DNA of 62,460 nt, the filler included, from Choristocarpus tenellus KU-1152 (taxonomy: Eukaryota > Protista > Phaeophyceae), in assembly GCA_964200185.2 (NCBI GenBank). It is 14 parts of 14 records of this genome, joined end to end, with 100 filler letters (N's around TTAATTAATTAA, not from the genome) between each part and the next. Parts side by side here need not be neighbours in the genome. Positions count along the whole stretch, not along the records: positions 34,423 to 39,565 come from CAXNAD020011732.1; positions 39,666 to 47,641 come from CAXNAD020005318.1; positions 47,742 to 50,558 come from CAXNAD020024499.1; 11 more parts are not named here. One strand, 5' to 3'. Positions 36,535 through 50,445 of this stretch are shown here, in pieces. Position 1 is the first letter of the stretch, and every line of letters begins with the position of its first letter. The position numbers and the translations under genes are program-made. Below the pieces are notes generated by a model. It was not told where the DNA came from. It saw only the letters and a list, made by a program, of their open reading frames with translations, and did not search any database.

Positions 36535-39530
36535 CCTACTCTCAGCCCTTTTCTCCACCTTCTCCCCTGAGTTCTGCGAATCTGCCCGCAATGCACTCAG
36601 CGCAGCCCCAAGGACACCACCACCGGGACGTACTCCATCTGCACTCTCACTTGCCCCCTTCTCGTCTCCCCATCCCCAACGGTTCCCCTTTGAGGCTCTC
36701 CTCTTGCCCCTTCCTGCTGTTTCGCGGTTAGAACTAGTCTCCCTTTGCTTCCTTCTTTTCGTATCTGGGGAGTCTTCCTCTCTCACACTCCTGCGCCCCC
36801 TGCCAGTCACTTCCTTGCCATTGTTCCCAAGTGGACTGCTATGATGGACCTTATCTCTTTTCTTCCTACTGGAAGAATGGTTGTAATTACTATCTTGGAG
36901 CTTGTTATCCTTCCTGCAGCTCCTGTCATCTCCACTCCCACTGCTACCCAAGAGTGCCCCAAGTCGGCTCAGTGTACTGGGCCGCATCTCTTCTGAATGA
37001 GTTGGGGCTGAGGCAGGGTCTGCTGGGGAGTCAAGGGAAGAATTTGAGAGAGTTGAGTCTGGAGAAGGAACAAGAACCGATCGCCTTCGCGTTGCCTCTC
37101 CCTTATCCTTCTCCTTCACCTCTGCTGATGACACTACCTTCGGCCCTCTCTTCAGCTTCAGATAATCCACACCATTTCCTGGGATTGAGCTAAAGTCTTC
37201 ACTTCGCCAACCAGTCCTCTCCCTCATAAAAGTATGTTGTGCTTTTCGGAGATCACTTTTTGAACTCAACATCTCACTGGTATTACCATTCTTTGAAGAC
37301 AGTGCTTTAGAAGAGCTTGCAGCTCCATTGCCATCAGACGCTCTTCTTGCCTGATTATCTTCCCTTACCCTCCTTTTGTCATGTCTTGATCCACCTGGAA
37401 GAGGAGACCCCTGCTCATTGGCTTCAACCAAGCTCCCCACCCCCCCTGTCTCCCAGGCCCCTTTGTGGCCTCGCCCCCCTGCCCCAGCATTCACGCCTGA
37501 CCCTGAGCCACTTGTATCAGCTGACTGTACTTTCTCCTGCATTGCTGAAGCATGGAGTGTTTTGCTGTGGTTTAGAGCTGACATGCCACTGTTCCAGTTA
37601 CCTCTTCCTCCCCCAATGGCAAAGGTACCAGTCCCTTCCCCTAGCATCGACAAGCCACCTCCAGATCCCTGGTATAGTGTGCCCCTTCCTGCCCCTAGTT
37701 GCACAGAAGTACTGGTTACTCTTGCTCCTGTACCCCCACCTCCCACAGTTGGTACAACAGCATGGTCCATACCAAGGTGTGTGGACCCTTCTCCCCTGAT
37801 CAGTCGGGACAAGGTTCCTGACCCGTCCACTAGCACATCCCCATCTTCACGTTTACTTGCTAATGGTCCAACCAGTCCTACCCTTCTTCCTTTTGCATGC
37901 TTTGAGTCTCTATTGAGAGACTGGCAGGCCTGCTGGTCACAAGTACAGTGGGGGTTGGGCAGGTGAAATCAAACTAGTGCAGAGAGAGGGCAAACATGGT
38001 AGAATGAAGACAGAACTCATTGCTGGAAAGCACCAATGAGCTTACCAGACATGTGACTGCACAATGGTCCATGCAATACGACTTTACAAGTACAAGTATG
38101 TTCGAACCACTTTCATACAAAGTACAATAATTGGAAGATGAACCACAGTCCCTTTTTACAGCCTCAGCAGGACAATTCCAAAATCCGGTCTTGAAATGTG
38201 ATTGCAGTTGAACTTCCTCAGGAGGGTGAGGCTGTGGAGGAGAATAGAAATTCTACTTTTTTAGCCTTGATTGTCGCAAACCCACCAGAAACGATTTCTG
38301 TGTTATCCCAAATGGCCTGAGCTTCACCACGATACCTTTCTGACGAGTGAAAAATTGGCATCTCTGGGAATAACTAGTTTGTGGAAGGCAGAAACCGTCA
38401 ATATTGCGCTACATAGGTCACACTTACAATGATGGGCACATTTCACAATAACGTACCACAAAGAGCCCATGTCGCAAACTCCAGAGTGCCAAAGGGACTG
38501 TGATTTATCACTATAGAGCGAATCAGATTGGCAGAGCGGAGTGGTCCTTAGCTGCTTTTTAGAGTGAGATAAATTTTTAAGCATCTGTTATCGACACAAA
38601 GACCTCTTCCAAGACGCTATCAAAAACAACTTAGCGTTGACTTTTTTCTTTCCCATATCAGTCTCGAACAGGAAACGGTTTAATCTAGTTTTCGAGGTTA
38701 ACCCCAACGACTACCACATGAAGGGTTTTGGCCCTTTTACCTAGCACGTTTTTGGAAATAAATTTTCCCTCACAAAAAAGCAGCACCTGCATCTTGATGT
38801 GAGCTCAACCTGAATCTGGGCCCAAAACAATTTTTTGAATACTTGCTGAGCTGATAAACACATAACACTGGTTGACTGGGCAGGAGGTGTAAAATGAAGA
38901 ACTGCAAATTCTTTTCTGGGGTGCTTCATGTAGTCCAAGTGAGGTAGAGTTTTCCAATTACAATTTGGTTGGTATGAATACAATATCGCTCATCTCCAGG
39001 AAAAAGACTCGATACAAAAGGAGAGGTGCATGAACCACACACACAGAGCAATACAGAAACATAAGAACACTTGCATACAACAAGGGAGTGTATGTACAGG
39101 CTCATTGGAAAGAAATATTTCCCTATGAACGCCCCACTCACCAAATCACTGTCACAAGCAACACCGTGTTTGGAGCTTTCCTGCCGGAACAACTTAGGGT
39201 CCCCACCATCTCCGCCAGCCCCTACATCACTGTTGCAGCTACCACCACTACTGTGTAGGCGCCTGTCCCAACCGCTGGCCTCATCTCTGCTGGACCTTGT
39301 CTCCCCTCTACCCCTCTGTGCCCCTTTCCCATCATTATCTCCAGACCTGAAAGCTCCTTCGTCACTCCTATCTCGGTTGCTAGGCCCAACACGATCCCTG
39401 CCCTCCTCCCTCTCCTCATCCCCCCTCTCTCGCTTCCTCTTTTTCTTCTTCGATTTCTTTCCCTTAGACTTCTTAGACTTTCTACTAGACCTTACACCGC
39501 TGTCACCACTGCCCCCTCGCTCTCCCCCCC
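36535..39530 (-). CDS. Multi-exon gene for a large low-complexity G/S/R/K-rich protein (hypothetical)
   Basis: Exon ending at 39142 (KSKKSKGKKSKKKKRKRER...CDSDL|GTGAG); large exon starting at 37929 (CAG|GCC) in frame with the 435-aa ORF; possible exon 38231-38046. NLS-like basic tracts. Confidence 0.6.
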
Positions 39531-39950
39531 CCCTTCACGATAACCCTCATCCACACTTACAACGCNNNNNNNNNNNNNNNNNNNNNNNNNNNNNNNNNNN
39601 NNNNNNNNNTTAATTAATTAANNNNNNNNNNNNNNNNNNNNNNNNNNNNNNNNNNNNNNNNNNNNACAAAGAGTCAAAAGAAAAAAAAAAAAAAAAACGG
39701 CTTTTAAGAGGGGGGGGGGGGGGGGGAATCGTGCGTTACTTCGTTCCTCCTTCATGCCTCCCAGACAGGTGCAGTACATCCTATCAACACTGTGAAGCAC
39801 AACATACAATACACCAATGTGAAGATAATATTCATGCACAGACATCAAGGTCAACTTCGGACCAGGCAAGGTCTGGGAATGGGGATGAGGGGGTGAATAG
39901 AGTATCCAAACCAATACCAGGAGATCACCCAATTGTGAGGGAGGCTTCAC

Positions 39951-42544
39951 CTGCACTATCAGACTGAGAATAGCCTGGTATGAGGAGATGTAGCCAAGTG
40001 CATAACTCTCCACCTGGAACCGCCCCTCAAAGTAGCTGTGGATTCAGAGCAGCAAATCACAGATGACAGAATGGGGAAAGGGGGGAAAGGTGGCACAAGG
40101 CAAGATGATGTATAGTTGCATGAACGGTTGTTTTCTAAACATATGTGGTCAAAGATAGGCCCACTATTTCCTACAAACAAATAGCATACTTAGACAAGAG
40201 AGTACATCTCGCCTTCAAGCCCTCCCATCAATTGTCAATCCTTGGTACATAACAAGCAAGTGCATTAAATGAGCTTCAGCAATAGTATTAAGTACTAGTT
40301 ATAAGGAATGAGATATCAAAATGTTGATTAAAATATGGAAAGCTCCTCAATTTGTGACACGTCTTATTACAATTGCGCCCCAGGTCTGTTTAAAAAGCAT
40401 TCAACTCAAAGCATACAACGTAGTTTATTGCTGTGCAAGTGCAGAGTTGTAAACACTACCCTCTTCAAGGCATGCTTATCAACTCACACCAGAGTGACTA
40501 GGACGCTAGCAATGGAAATTCAAGTAGATGCAACAGTATCTTGCGGTGTTATTGCGTGTATTTGACTAATTGTGGTTTTTTATCTCAATGCAATGTCCAC
40601 CTGTTACCTAAACAACCATAAATGCAATGATAAGCACAAAAACAAAGAGGGCATGTACAAGAAATTCTCAAGGAGCGACCCTGGAAGGTATGCTGTGCTA
40701 CTGGGATTTCAACAGACACTACTGTGTGATGGGGGTGGTGACTGCGGTCCTCAGAACTTACCCGACCAAGTTCTGAGAGCTCAGGGAACGCATGAGGAAG
40801 CCATAAAGGAGCTTCGCTGCCAGAATACGCATGCATGCCCCTCCTGTTTTGCAGGAGAGTCTAAAGTTCTGTGTAAAGTTGCTCAGCTGCTGTTTTGACT
40901 TTCCTCTGCCACTGCTTGCACTGGTTATGGTGCCCCCACCCCCTGGTCCGTCTTTCTCAGGCTTCTCCTCAACACTCTGAACCACTCCCACTGCTTCCCC
41001 TGTCTCCGTCCTTACTTCTGGAGTTACAGCTGGTGCTTCCGCTGGAAGAAGCAAGAGAGCTAATACCGCATTCAGAAGAAAGAGGGAACTTGCCAACTGA
41101 AGATGGTTATAAGAAGGTGGAGTGCAGGCAGGTTTTGATGTAGGGGTTGTGAGTGTGTTGATATTGTTCAGACTCTCCCAGTCATACATCATAACACTCC
41201 ATTCCAACTGAAATGTATGTGGTTTGATTACAGGAGACTTCCTCTTTTGTTCAGGAGTGAAAGAACCATTTTGTCAATCTTACTCATTCCCCCTACCTGG
41301 CATTTGCTAGGAGACATACAGCACTCGCCAACATCTACAGCATTCTCAAATGGTGAGTAATAGTGTCATAACGAAGACCAAACCCATTCCCATGCGCACC
41401 ATTGGAGGCAGTATCCTGTTTCGTTGATAAAGGAAGGACCCAAGGGATGGGCCAACGATGAACGAGAAAGTGGCAGCGGCAGTGAGCTGAGAAAGCTCGC
41501 CTGATCTGTTGACACTGGTGGTATAGTCACTGATTAGTGCTGTTGATATGTTCATTGTCTGTGGACCACAGTATAAGGGATAAGGGCGACAAGGGGAGTG
41601 TATTATATTTCCCGATTTCAATAGTTGCCGAAGTTGAGATTCCTTGAGATGGGTTCCTCATTTGGATTTTACCACCAAAGGAATTTGTGTAGCCCTTGCC
41701 CTGCCCACACACTCCATCCATTAACCTTATCCTTACGATAATAACATCGTTCGATTAGGGATCACCTGCTTAACAAGTCCAACGATTACCCTGCCCACCA
41801 GCAGCATGGACAGAGAGCTGGAGAGGCCCACCAGACCATAGCTTAGGCAGCTTCCCAGAAAGGATAAAAGGAGGACCGAACGGCGGCTAAGAAAATTATC
41901 GCTTAGTGCTCCAAGTACTAGCCCACCCAGTATCTGAGCAAAGCTGTAAGCTGAAGACATCAACCCATACAATTCCGTGCTACCCAGCCATGATAGGGGT
42001 GGATGGGGAAAGGAGTGCTAGTAAGAGGAAGACTTCCGACATATTCTTGGATATTTTGATAGTAACGAAGGCCGAGACAAGTGGGAAAGTGCTTCTGGGC
42101 TTAATGCATTGGTGCTTGACACGGGTTAAACACGTGTCCTGCGCTCTACCTTACCACCACAAAATTTTGGTAGCGATGCCGATTCTTCTTAGCCACCCTC
42201 GTCAAAACTAATTGCCGTCTACACTTCTTTCGTAGGGGGAACGACACACTTGGCAAGCCCTTCTTGAAGAATTAGCCATCCATCTGCAAGACAAGAATTA
42301 GTCATCCCTCTGCAAGACATACGAACCTTATACTGAGATCTTTAAAGTAGGAAGACAGGAGGGGAACCACGATTGCTACACTGAGCATGTCAATGAACAC
42401 CAAAAGCTTCACGGAGTTGATAACCGATATAGCCAGCAGACGTCGTTCCTTCTTGCAATTTACTTTGTCCTCATCATCGACCCCTAAGTCTTTTGCATCA
42501 TCCATCTTGCTCTTCACACCGTCTGGCACCCCTCTTGAAGTCAT
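39951..42544 (-). CDS. Major facilitator superfamily transporter (TetA/SLC22A18/MFSD9-like), 3'-truncated
   Basis: Phase-consistent exons 42544-42327, 41979-41766 (motif A: LGALSDNFLSRRSVLL; GRVIVG), 41558-41400 (FIVGPSLG), 41096-40762 and 40035-39951. Confidence 0.9.
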
Positions 42545-42851
42545 GGACAGAATATACTCCCGCCTTAGCTGAAGATTTCCACGTACCACCTACACCGTAT
42601 AGTTGCCGTGTGCCCTTGCTCGCCTTGTGCACCACTGCTTGTCCTATTTCTGACGAGTCAAGACTCCTTACATTGGAAGAGGAATCGTTTATTATTTGAT
42701 ACTCGACATTTTTTTGAATTTTTGGAAGTAGCATTTATGCACACTTGACTACTCATCTTCAAACTTCCATGATTCCACGATCTCAAAGGGAGGGAAGGAC
42801 GGCCTAGGTGGGACGGGACGAAGACCAATCGTACATGTCCCTGACCTGTAC

Positions 42852-45800
42852 ATGGCAATCGACTCATGGCATCGGGGGAAACCTCGCCGTCTGTTGATTA
42901 CTACTCCCAAAACCTTTTTACTATTGATTTTGAGTTTAAAATTCAACTATATCGTGGGCTTCCGGAGTGTGGTATCAAAATGTGAATCCCTGGCGATTCA
43001 CCGTTCAACATTAATTTTCCGAAGTAGCAATGCCAATGACAACAGTGAATTGTCTTCTGGCCCTTCGCTGGTCCCGTTTCTGGACTTATGTGCAAGGTGA
43101 GAGGACTTACCTTAGAGTTTGTCCGACTTGAAATAAGGTAGGATGTGAGTATACCTATAGCTGAGGGGATTGTGGTCGGTTACCTTTTGTATGAAAATGA
43201 AAAGTAAATCAATGGAAATGGTCTCGCCCAATCCCCCGGGTGAGTGTGTCTGAATCTCCAACATTGCAGCGAATCGGGTGAGGGGTACACCCTTTCCCTC
43301 TCATGAGTCTCACCAGTGTTGTCTTCTCCTCGAATAATTTGATCTCGATCCCTGGAAGAAATGGCCTTCAGTCCGCCACACTCGTGGTTTCCCATCAAGG
43401 AAACCCTTTGAGCAAACCGGAGGGTGCTGTTCATATCAAGAGCGTTATATTCCAGGTAATCATCAATTGCACCCTGTACGTTAGACACCACTGTGAGCAA
43501 ACACCACATTTGTTCAGCGCAGAATAATAGCATGTCAGAACACCATCAGCACTTCTTCTGTGAGTAGGGCCAGCAACATGGCATACTCCACATTGACTGA
43601 AGGAGGGAACCTTGTTGATTTATATGTCCATCAAGTACTGCCCTTCTTTGAACCATGAATACGAATCTGGTTGCCATTGTCTCGTGGCATATTCCCACCG
43701 TTTAGGGAACCGTACTGGGAATTCCCAAATATTGGTGGCATGAGCAGTCAAGCCTTCTTATCCTCACGAATACCACCCCGTTCTATCCGCTCCACCTGTC
43801 GTGTCCTGTTTCTTTTACTAGGCAAGGGGTACACCGTTTGTGGCGGTGATGCCAGACGACCTGGTGGCGGATTGTGCAAGGATTGCGCGTTACCTTGGGT
43901 TGCCCAAACGCCAGGTGCCATTTGCACAGCAACTCTATCCTCATGGGTGGAATAATGTAGTTCTCTTGTCACATATTAAAGATCGATGGACTGGGTATGC
44001 TGTGCCCATCTTTGACAACTATTGTTATAGCAAAGTACGTGTACTTGATATCCATAAATGCTGGTGTCCGAGTCCTTCATTTTAATCATCAATAACGCTC
44101 AAGTGATGTGGAGATTCTGCATTCCACTTCCTTGAGCAGGTGATATTTTGGACAAAACACCTTACGTATTGAGACCCAAAGTCTGGCTGCTGCCACTCCC
44201 TGCCAACAAGCAGCAATTTTGTTTTCTCTTTGCCCTTATCAACAAAAGGTCACACTTGCAGGAGCTCGCTTTGTGGAGGAGTTGACGGGCTATCAGGTTG
44301 GGACAGTGCCTCCATTTGGGCACAGGATCTCTCTGCGCACTCTTGTGGACACAGAGCTGCTCAACTATGACACTATCATTGGTGGTTGTGGATCCAGGCG
44401 AGGGGAGAGAAGAGCAACACCAGTGTAATTATTCCTGCCCCATTGTGTAGTGCTGCAAGACATGAGTAATGTCACTTGTCGATGGAGATAATGGTGATAT
44501 TCCTACTCTATGCCTGATTGCCCTGCTAGAGGAGGCTAGAGAGGGAATCAGTTGACTGTCACTTTCTTCAAAAAGAGCCACCCACGGCATTCCACAAGTC
44601 TTACACCCATGAGGTAGATTGAAGAGAAAAATGAAGCACTAGAACCTTTACTTGATAGACGTATTCCATGTATGTATGTATATAGAAGGAAAACATGTTA
44701 TTGAACGATGTGTGGAAAATGTCCCAATTTCTCATTACACTTGTGTTTAGAGTTGCAGAAATGGATCATTTTCAGAGGAACATGTGTGCAGGAGGTAATA
44801 TCCGTTGGCAGGTTCTATCATTTTCAAGATAAGTGCAGGCTCACCATTTACCATGACTAAAGTGTGTTCTTGGTATATGGTTGTATCTGAGTCGAGCCAC
44901 CGCACACCCCCTGCCCCCACACTGCTACTTGACTGTATCTTCAGTGACTACCATTTGTCTATATCACTGGATGAGCTTCTGAGAACAAGCAGAGCTGAGT
45001 TGCTTGACCTGGCCCGCCCCAAGATCAATAGTGTGGGCGATGGGAACGTCAGGATGGCACCCCCCTCAGATAATCAGGTTTCTCAGGGGGCAGTGTTGGT
45101 TCATTCATCAGAGGTGGGGGGAGGGGGAATTTCATATTCAAAATCACCTGACTTCGAGATGCAACAGGGAGAGGCCAAAGTGGGCGAGTCAGGGATGGAC
45201 AGGGTGGATATGGAGGGACTGACAGAAAGTTCTGCTTCTGTGAAAGTTGCAGAGTCAGTGGCAAATGGCAGGTTGACTACTGGCGATGTTACTGCCCTTG
45301 CTTCTGCTATGCATGCTGCTACGACTGCGCTGTTGTCTCTGATGGGCCCAGCCAAAAAAGATACGGGAGTTGTATCAGGTACTGTGGAGGGACTGGAGGG
45401 AGGTACTGTGGAGGGAGATGGATCGACAGCATTGTTGGAGAGAAGAGAGAGTGGTGTAGTAATTGAGGCTAGTAGTGAGGATGGAGATCATGAGAGTGAT
45501 AATGAGCTGTGAGCTGTGGGTTAGTACCGGTGGTGGGCAGGAGGAGGAAGGGGATCAGATTTTGTAGTGCTCAGGACTAGCTCAACCTTCCAAAGTAGTA
45601 GTGCCTGACAGCAGTCTTACCGTGCCCATTGCTGTTGCAAGAATGGATGCAGGGGCTGCCGGTATTGAAGACAGCAGGTGTTTGTAATACTTTAATGCAG
45701 TAACAGCAATAATAACACAAGATATTGTGTACTGCTCGGGGGGTAAGGGGCATGGTATGGAAAGGTACTCATGGTATGGAAAGGTACTCTATACATTTTA

Positions 45801-47153
45801 CTCGCAGCCCTAGGGTAGACCTAGACGTAAGTCAAAATAGACAGGATCGAGTTACTCAGATGCATTTGCCTGACAGCCTTTCCTACTTCATCTCTTGACC
45901 TCCTTCCTTGGCATTGGTGTCACTTATTTTCAGGCGACATAAAAGGCGTCAATGTGAATGGGGTGAGCAACGCCTCCTCAAGCCTAGCCTCACGGAGCCT
46001 TGCACAGCAAAGAGGACAGGAAGAGGAACAACTGCAGGGGCTGGGCCACACTTTTCTGGACCCCACCACTCCAAGCACTGAGGGGGAGTTTGGGGATGCA
46101 CTTGTCCAGGCTGCAGGGACTCCCACTGTTGATGCCATTGGTGGTGATGTGCACCTGGTGGCAGTGGTGGCTGGCAAGAGGACGTTGACAAGACAGCTCC
46201 ACTTTGTTGACCTTGTAAGGGAGTAGTTTTTTCCCATGGGAAAGGGGAGGGAAAATTGGGGGGAGAGGGGTAAGTGGGGTTATAGGCTATGTCTGGTGTG
46301 TTTTCTTCTATACACTTGGGGCTTGCACAGTTTGGGCAGTGTTGTGGTCCGGGTGGAATTGAATGTAGCCTTTGGGGGTACTAATGGGGGAAGACTAAGC
46401 TCAAGCGAGCCAAATTTAGGACTTTGGCTGACTCAATTTGTACCTCGACACGCTGAAGCTTACTCATCTCTGCAAACTGGCCTTGCTGCCCTTCACCAAA
46501 GCTTGCCTATCTCTTATCCCCACTCCTCCAATGGGAAGGTTCCTCCAGAGGAGCCTCTACCTATGCCTGGGCAAGCCTGTCGAGTAAGGAAGTCATGGGT
46601 AATGCCAGGAGGGGGTGACGGTAGCCAAAGGGTGGTGCAGGTCAGCCCCTCACTGGGGCAATCATTCTGGGGTGGTTTGTTGTGGTAGAGATGTGTCAAG
46701 TGGAGGGGGGGGGTATCGGTGAAATGAATGAGATTGCAATACAAGTGTTACTACTGAGCAGCATAGATTTGTTGTAACAAACTGAACCCATTCAAGCTTA
46801 ACCTTCCACTCTACCTTGCAAGTCCAGTATAGTACTGAATGCGTATGCCGTGTTTGTTAAGGCTGATGGGATGGGGAATGTGGCAAGAAGGGAAATTAAG
46901 CAGTTGTTCCTGTTAGAAGCACAAAAGCTGTTACGTCGAACTGCCAACATGTACCCCTTGCACTAATCCCATTAGACTTTTGCTTGCCTAACCTTGAAGA
47001 AATGCATGTCTACAAGTTTTTCCCTAACCTTGAAGAAATGTGGAAACCTCTTTCGATATGTGCCAGGTACAGCTCATCATGGGCAAGACACTTGTGGACA
47101 GGTTAGGGATGGAGAGGGCAGTGGCTGTCATGCAGGGGGTCAAACGTGGTCAG
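42852..47153 (+). CDS. YbaK/prolyl-tRNA-editing-domain protein with a downstream OB-fold-like region and a putative plastid presequence; 3'-truncated
   Basis: Exons 42852-43096 (hydrophobic stretch then VG|FRS), 43317-43455 (IKSVIF), 43822-43914, 44249-44397 (LTGYQVGTVPPFGH...LVDTELL...GGCG), 44945-~45400, ~45933-46215 (VAGKRTLTRQLHFVDL), ~46440-46640 and 47067-47153 (VQLIMGKTL). Splicing of the middle part is uncertain. Confidence 0.8.
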
Positions 47154-47466
47154 GTTTGTTTTGACTCTTTTAGATTGATAAGGGAAGAAAGGTCTATTCA
47201 GTAGAGATTGTGATGACACTGTTCCTTTCTTGTTTCGACATGTCCTAGAAAACACATTCTAGAACGCATACTGAAAAGCTGTTCAAACTTCAAATGCTGC
47301 TAGAAAACATTCTAGAACGCATACTGCTTGGGTCACGGTAGATATTCAATTTAAATGATGCTAATGATGCTGCTCGAAGATGCAGGTGCTGTGGGTGCCA
47401 CCAGTGGAGAGTTGTGTGCCTATGGTAGCGGTCATGGCTGGGAGTCGAACTCAGTTCATAGTGAGA

Positions 47467-47641
47467 GGGTCAAAGTATCTGGGGGGGGGGTGTTGGCGTC
47501 CGTTTTTCACCCTTTTCTCGATTTTCACTTTTTTTTCACTTTTTTTGGTGTAATTTGGTCGCACGTGTCGGATTTGAAATGTCAGCAAAAAAAGGAGTTA
47601 TTTGACTGAAACGGATTAAACCATACTAATTTCCCCCCACC
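47467..47641. mobile_element. MITE family C, truncated at contig end
   Basis: GGGTCAAAGTATCTG10..GGCGTCCGTTTTTCACCC. Another family C end opens the next contig (47742-47785). Confidence 0.85.
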
Positions 47642-50171
47642 NNNNNNNNNNNNNNNNNNNNNNNNNNNNNNNNNNNNNNNNNNNNTTAATTAATTAANNN
47701 NNNNNNNNNNNNNNNNNNNNNNNNNNNNNNNNNNNNNNNNNAAAAACGGACGCCGACACCCCCCCCCCCCCAGATACTTTGATCCAATTACAGCGAAAAT
47801 TTGTGAGAAACATGAGATTTTGGCATTTGAGACCAAAAGAAGGACTCGAAATTTGAATCGAACGATCGTGATTTCGGAATTTCGGAATTTCGGGTGGATT
47901 TTTTTGGAGTTGTATTTCGCTGTTATGGATGGTTACACCCCTTACAGCGTCCCCAACAGGTCCCAAAAGGTTAGACTCCTAAAAAAATGCTTTCTTGCGC
48001 AAAATCTTCCCCTCTGGTATTTTCGTATTATTATGCTGAACTTGCACCTCATGCAACCATATAATGTCAGTTCCATGGAGAAGCAATGCAGCTAGCCACC
48101 TTTCAGAAAATCACGCATATCACAACTTTGCACAATACTATGACTAAGAATTGGCACAGTGATTGTTCGGGTAAAGCAGTAGTCCAAACACAGTGAAATT
48201 GTGTATGCGAATGTCCATAAATACGGGATGGGTACCTTCTATAGTACGCTAGATAGTTCCAGGTGCAACAATTCCTCACATCCTACTGTGTGATGATCTA
48301 CTTTTGTGCATTAATTGAATAAGAAAAAAACTCCCTCTTTGAAATATTTGATGTCCACCAATGGCGAGGGTGAGGGTTAGTAGGTATTTTCGATTTGTGA
48401 CACACCTTCCAGCTTGACTGGTTGCACTTCATGCATGTGCTCAACACAGACAAAAACATTTGTCAAAATATACCGATCTGCAATTGGGCAACTTTTCTTG
48501 TCAGCGTCGAAAACAAAGTCAATTTACCCTAACGGAGTTCTATCGATTTTTCGTGGGCTAGACCCCTGCTGTCCATACTCATATCCTCCGATTTCACCCC
48601 TCAACTTGCTTCTTAATCAAGCCACACGTCCACTTCACCGGATCAATGGGAAATAGCACCCTTAGGAGAGGAACTAGGTTGAAAAACTTGGAAAGTGTAA
48701 GAGGTGAAGATTCTGCCCTCACAGTCTCCTGATCTCAACACAAATGATATATTTCTCAGGCAACTGTTCAATGAAAATAAATAGTGATAAATTTTAATAA
48801 TATAGTAAGTGAGCTTGCGATGAAGGATAAGTCTGGAGGATTAAATAGTAGGAACGAATGGAAAAAGTAATGCTCAAGACAAAACAACACTGTGTTAACA
48901 TTCATTTCCCATTGAACTCGTGCAAGGAGGGAAACAATGCCAGCGGTGTACTCTACTCGGAAGTAGACTTCAAGTTGATTTCCCTTCTGTTTCTGGATTG
49001 ACCGAGATCACACTTGGCAGGTTTTCCGAAACAGTCAAGTTATCGTAACCACTTTATATCAAAAATATTATGTGAGAATGTGCACGACCTAAATTCTCGG
49101 GTGCCAAAAATTCGTACGTGCTAAATCACCAGGAATCGTGTCAAAATAGTCGGTACTACAATAGAGAACTATTGATTTCTTCCACGCGTGCACTCAGCTA
49201 GGATTTTCCTCTCACAGTCTCACTGTGCTCAATGATGAGTGCATCTTTTTTTTAGTTGAGTGTGTTGACATTTTCTTGTCTTAACGTTTTTTATTATAGC
49301 CACTCACTTAGAATCGTAATTCTACTGTTATTTCAGGATATTCGAAAGGTGAACAACGACAATGTTTAACCTACTTTTTAGCTCGGAAGGTATCTTCAGA
49401 GGTCTTTCGAAGCAAGAATAGCGGCAACAAATGGCCTAATCTAACTGTTGCATATCTGTCTCAATCTGTGGTAGAAAACTATACTCCTATTGATTGAGTT
49501 CATGGGGACATTCTATGCTTCTGGTGATTATATTGAATTCATTCAAAGGGAGAGGTTCTTCCAGTTATGATTTGACACCGATTGCTATGAGAAACCTTGT
49601 TCAAATACTTTGGAAGGCATCCGCACCTATCGATAAGAAATACGCCTTACCCTATGCATTGCTGCAGACATACTACAACTTAGCATGTCCAGCACTCTAT
49701 GTGTTAGAGTTTATTGCACGATTTTGTTTGGGGTTGGCGATTGGTGCACATCTGTTACCCCATTTTAAACTAAAATGCTCCAGGCCATGGGCAAAGAACA
49801 TGTTCAGCATTGGATGCTGACTTGTGACCAACACAAAAGTCTCTGAAGCATTGGCTTCATGAAAAGGGGACAGAGAGTCAAGGGAAGGGAGTAGCAGGTT
49901 CACTATTTCTCTGAGGAGAAGCGCATGGGTATGACCCCACTCCTAACACTCCCTACCAAAAAATGTAATATTAACTTTGTGAAAGTAAAATCAATTTACC
50001 CAATACATTTCCAGAGACAAGAGTTGATCCATCCAAGGATTGAACTAGTTAAAAACAAAAAAAAACTGTGGTCGTTTATGGTACATTGAAGTTAGAGTCC
50101 GATTATGTCAAAGTCGATGATATATTGACTTGGTACGATAATAATAATAACCTTGAAAAATCAGAAATTTT

Positions 50172-50445
50172 GACCCATAATATCCTAGAGGGGGTGTCAA
50201 GCGGACATTCGAGGCTGGTGTGAACCTGTAGTGATTTCTATATCATCTGACTAAACGTGTCGGATGTAAGGGCAATTTCCTTCATCTGAAGACACGTTTC
50301 CTCTCAATTCCCCTGCCTGAACCAAAATCCGAAGGAAAATCACTCACAAAATGGGCATGAAACTGGGGTATCATACAACGCCCCATCAAACCTCGAATGG
50401 ACAACCTGTGCTAAACACACACACCCTTCTAAGATACTATTGTAC
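50172..50445. mobile_element. MITE family D (related TIR, different body)
   Basis: GACCCATAATATCCTAGAGGGG ... CCCTTCTAAGATACTAT, with an inner inverted pair CATTCGAGG/CCTCGAATG. Confidence 0.55.

Noticed and set aside
37317-37966. Plus-strand Pro-rich ORFs (also 39071-39613, 51600-52532, 54415-54967)
   Set aside because: They are antisense shadows of long minus-strand exons.
45751-47326. Short local duplications (45751-45789, 46987-47040, 47246-47326)
   Set aside because: Ordinary intronic slippage duplications.
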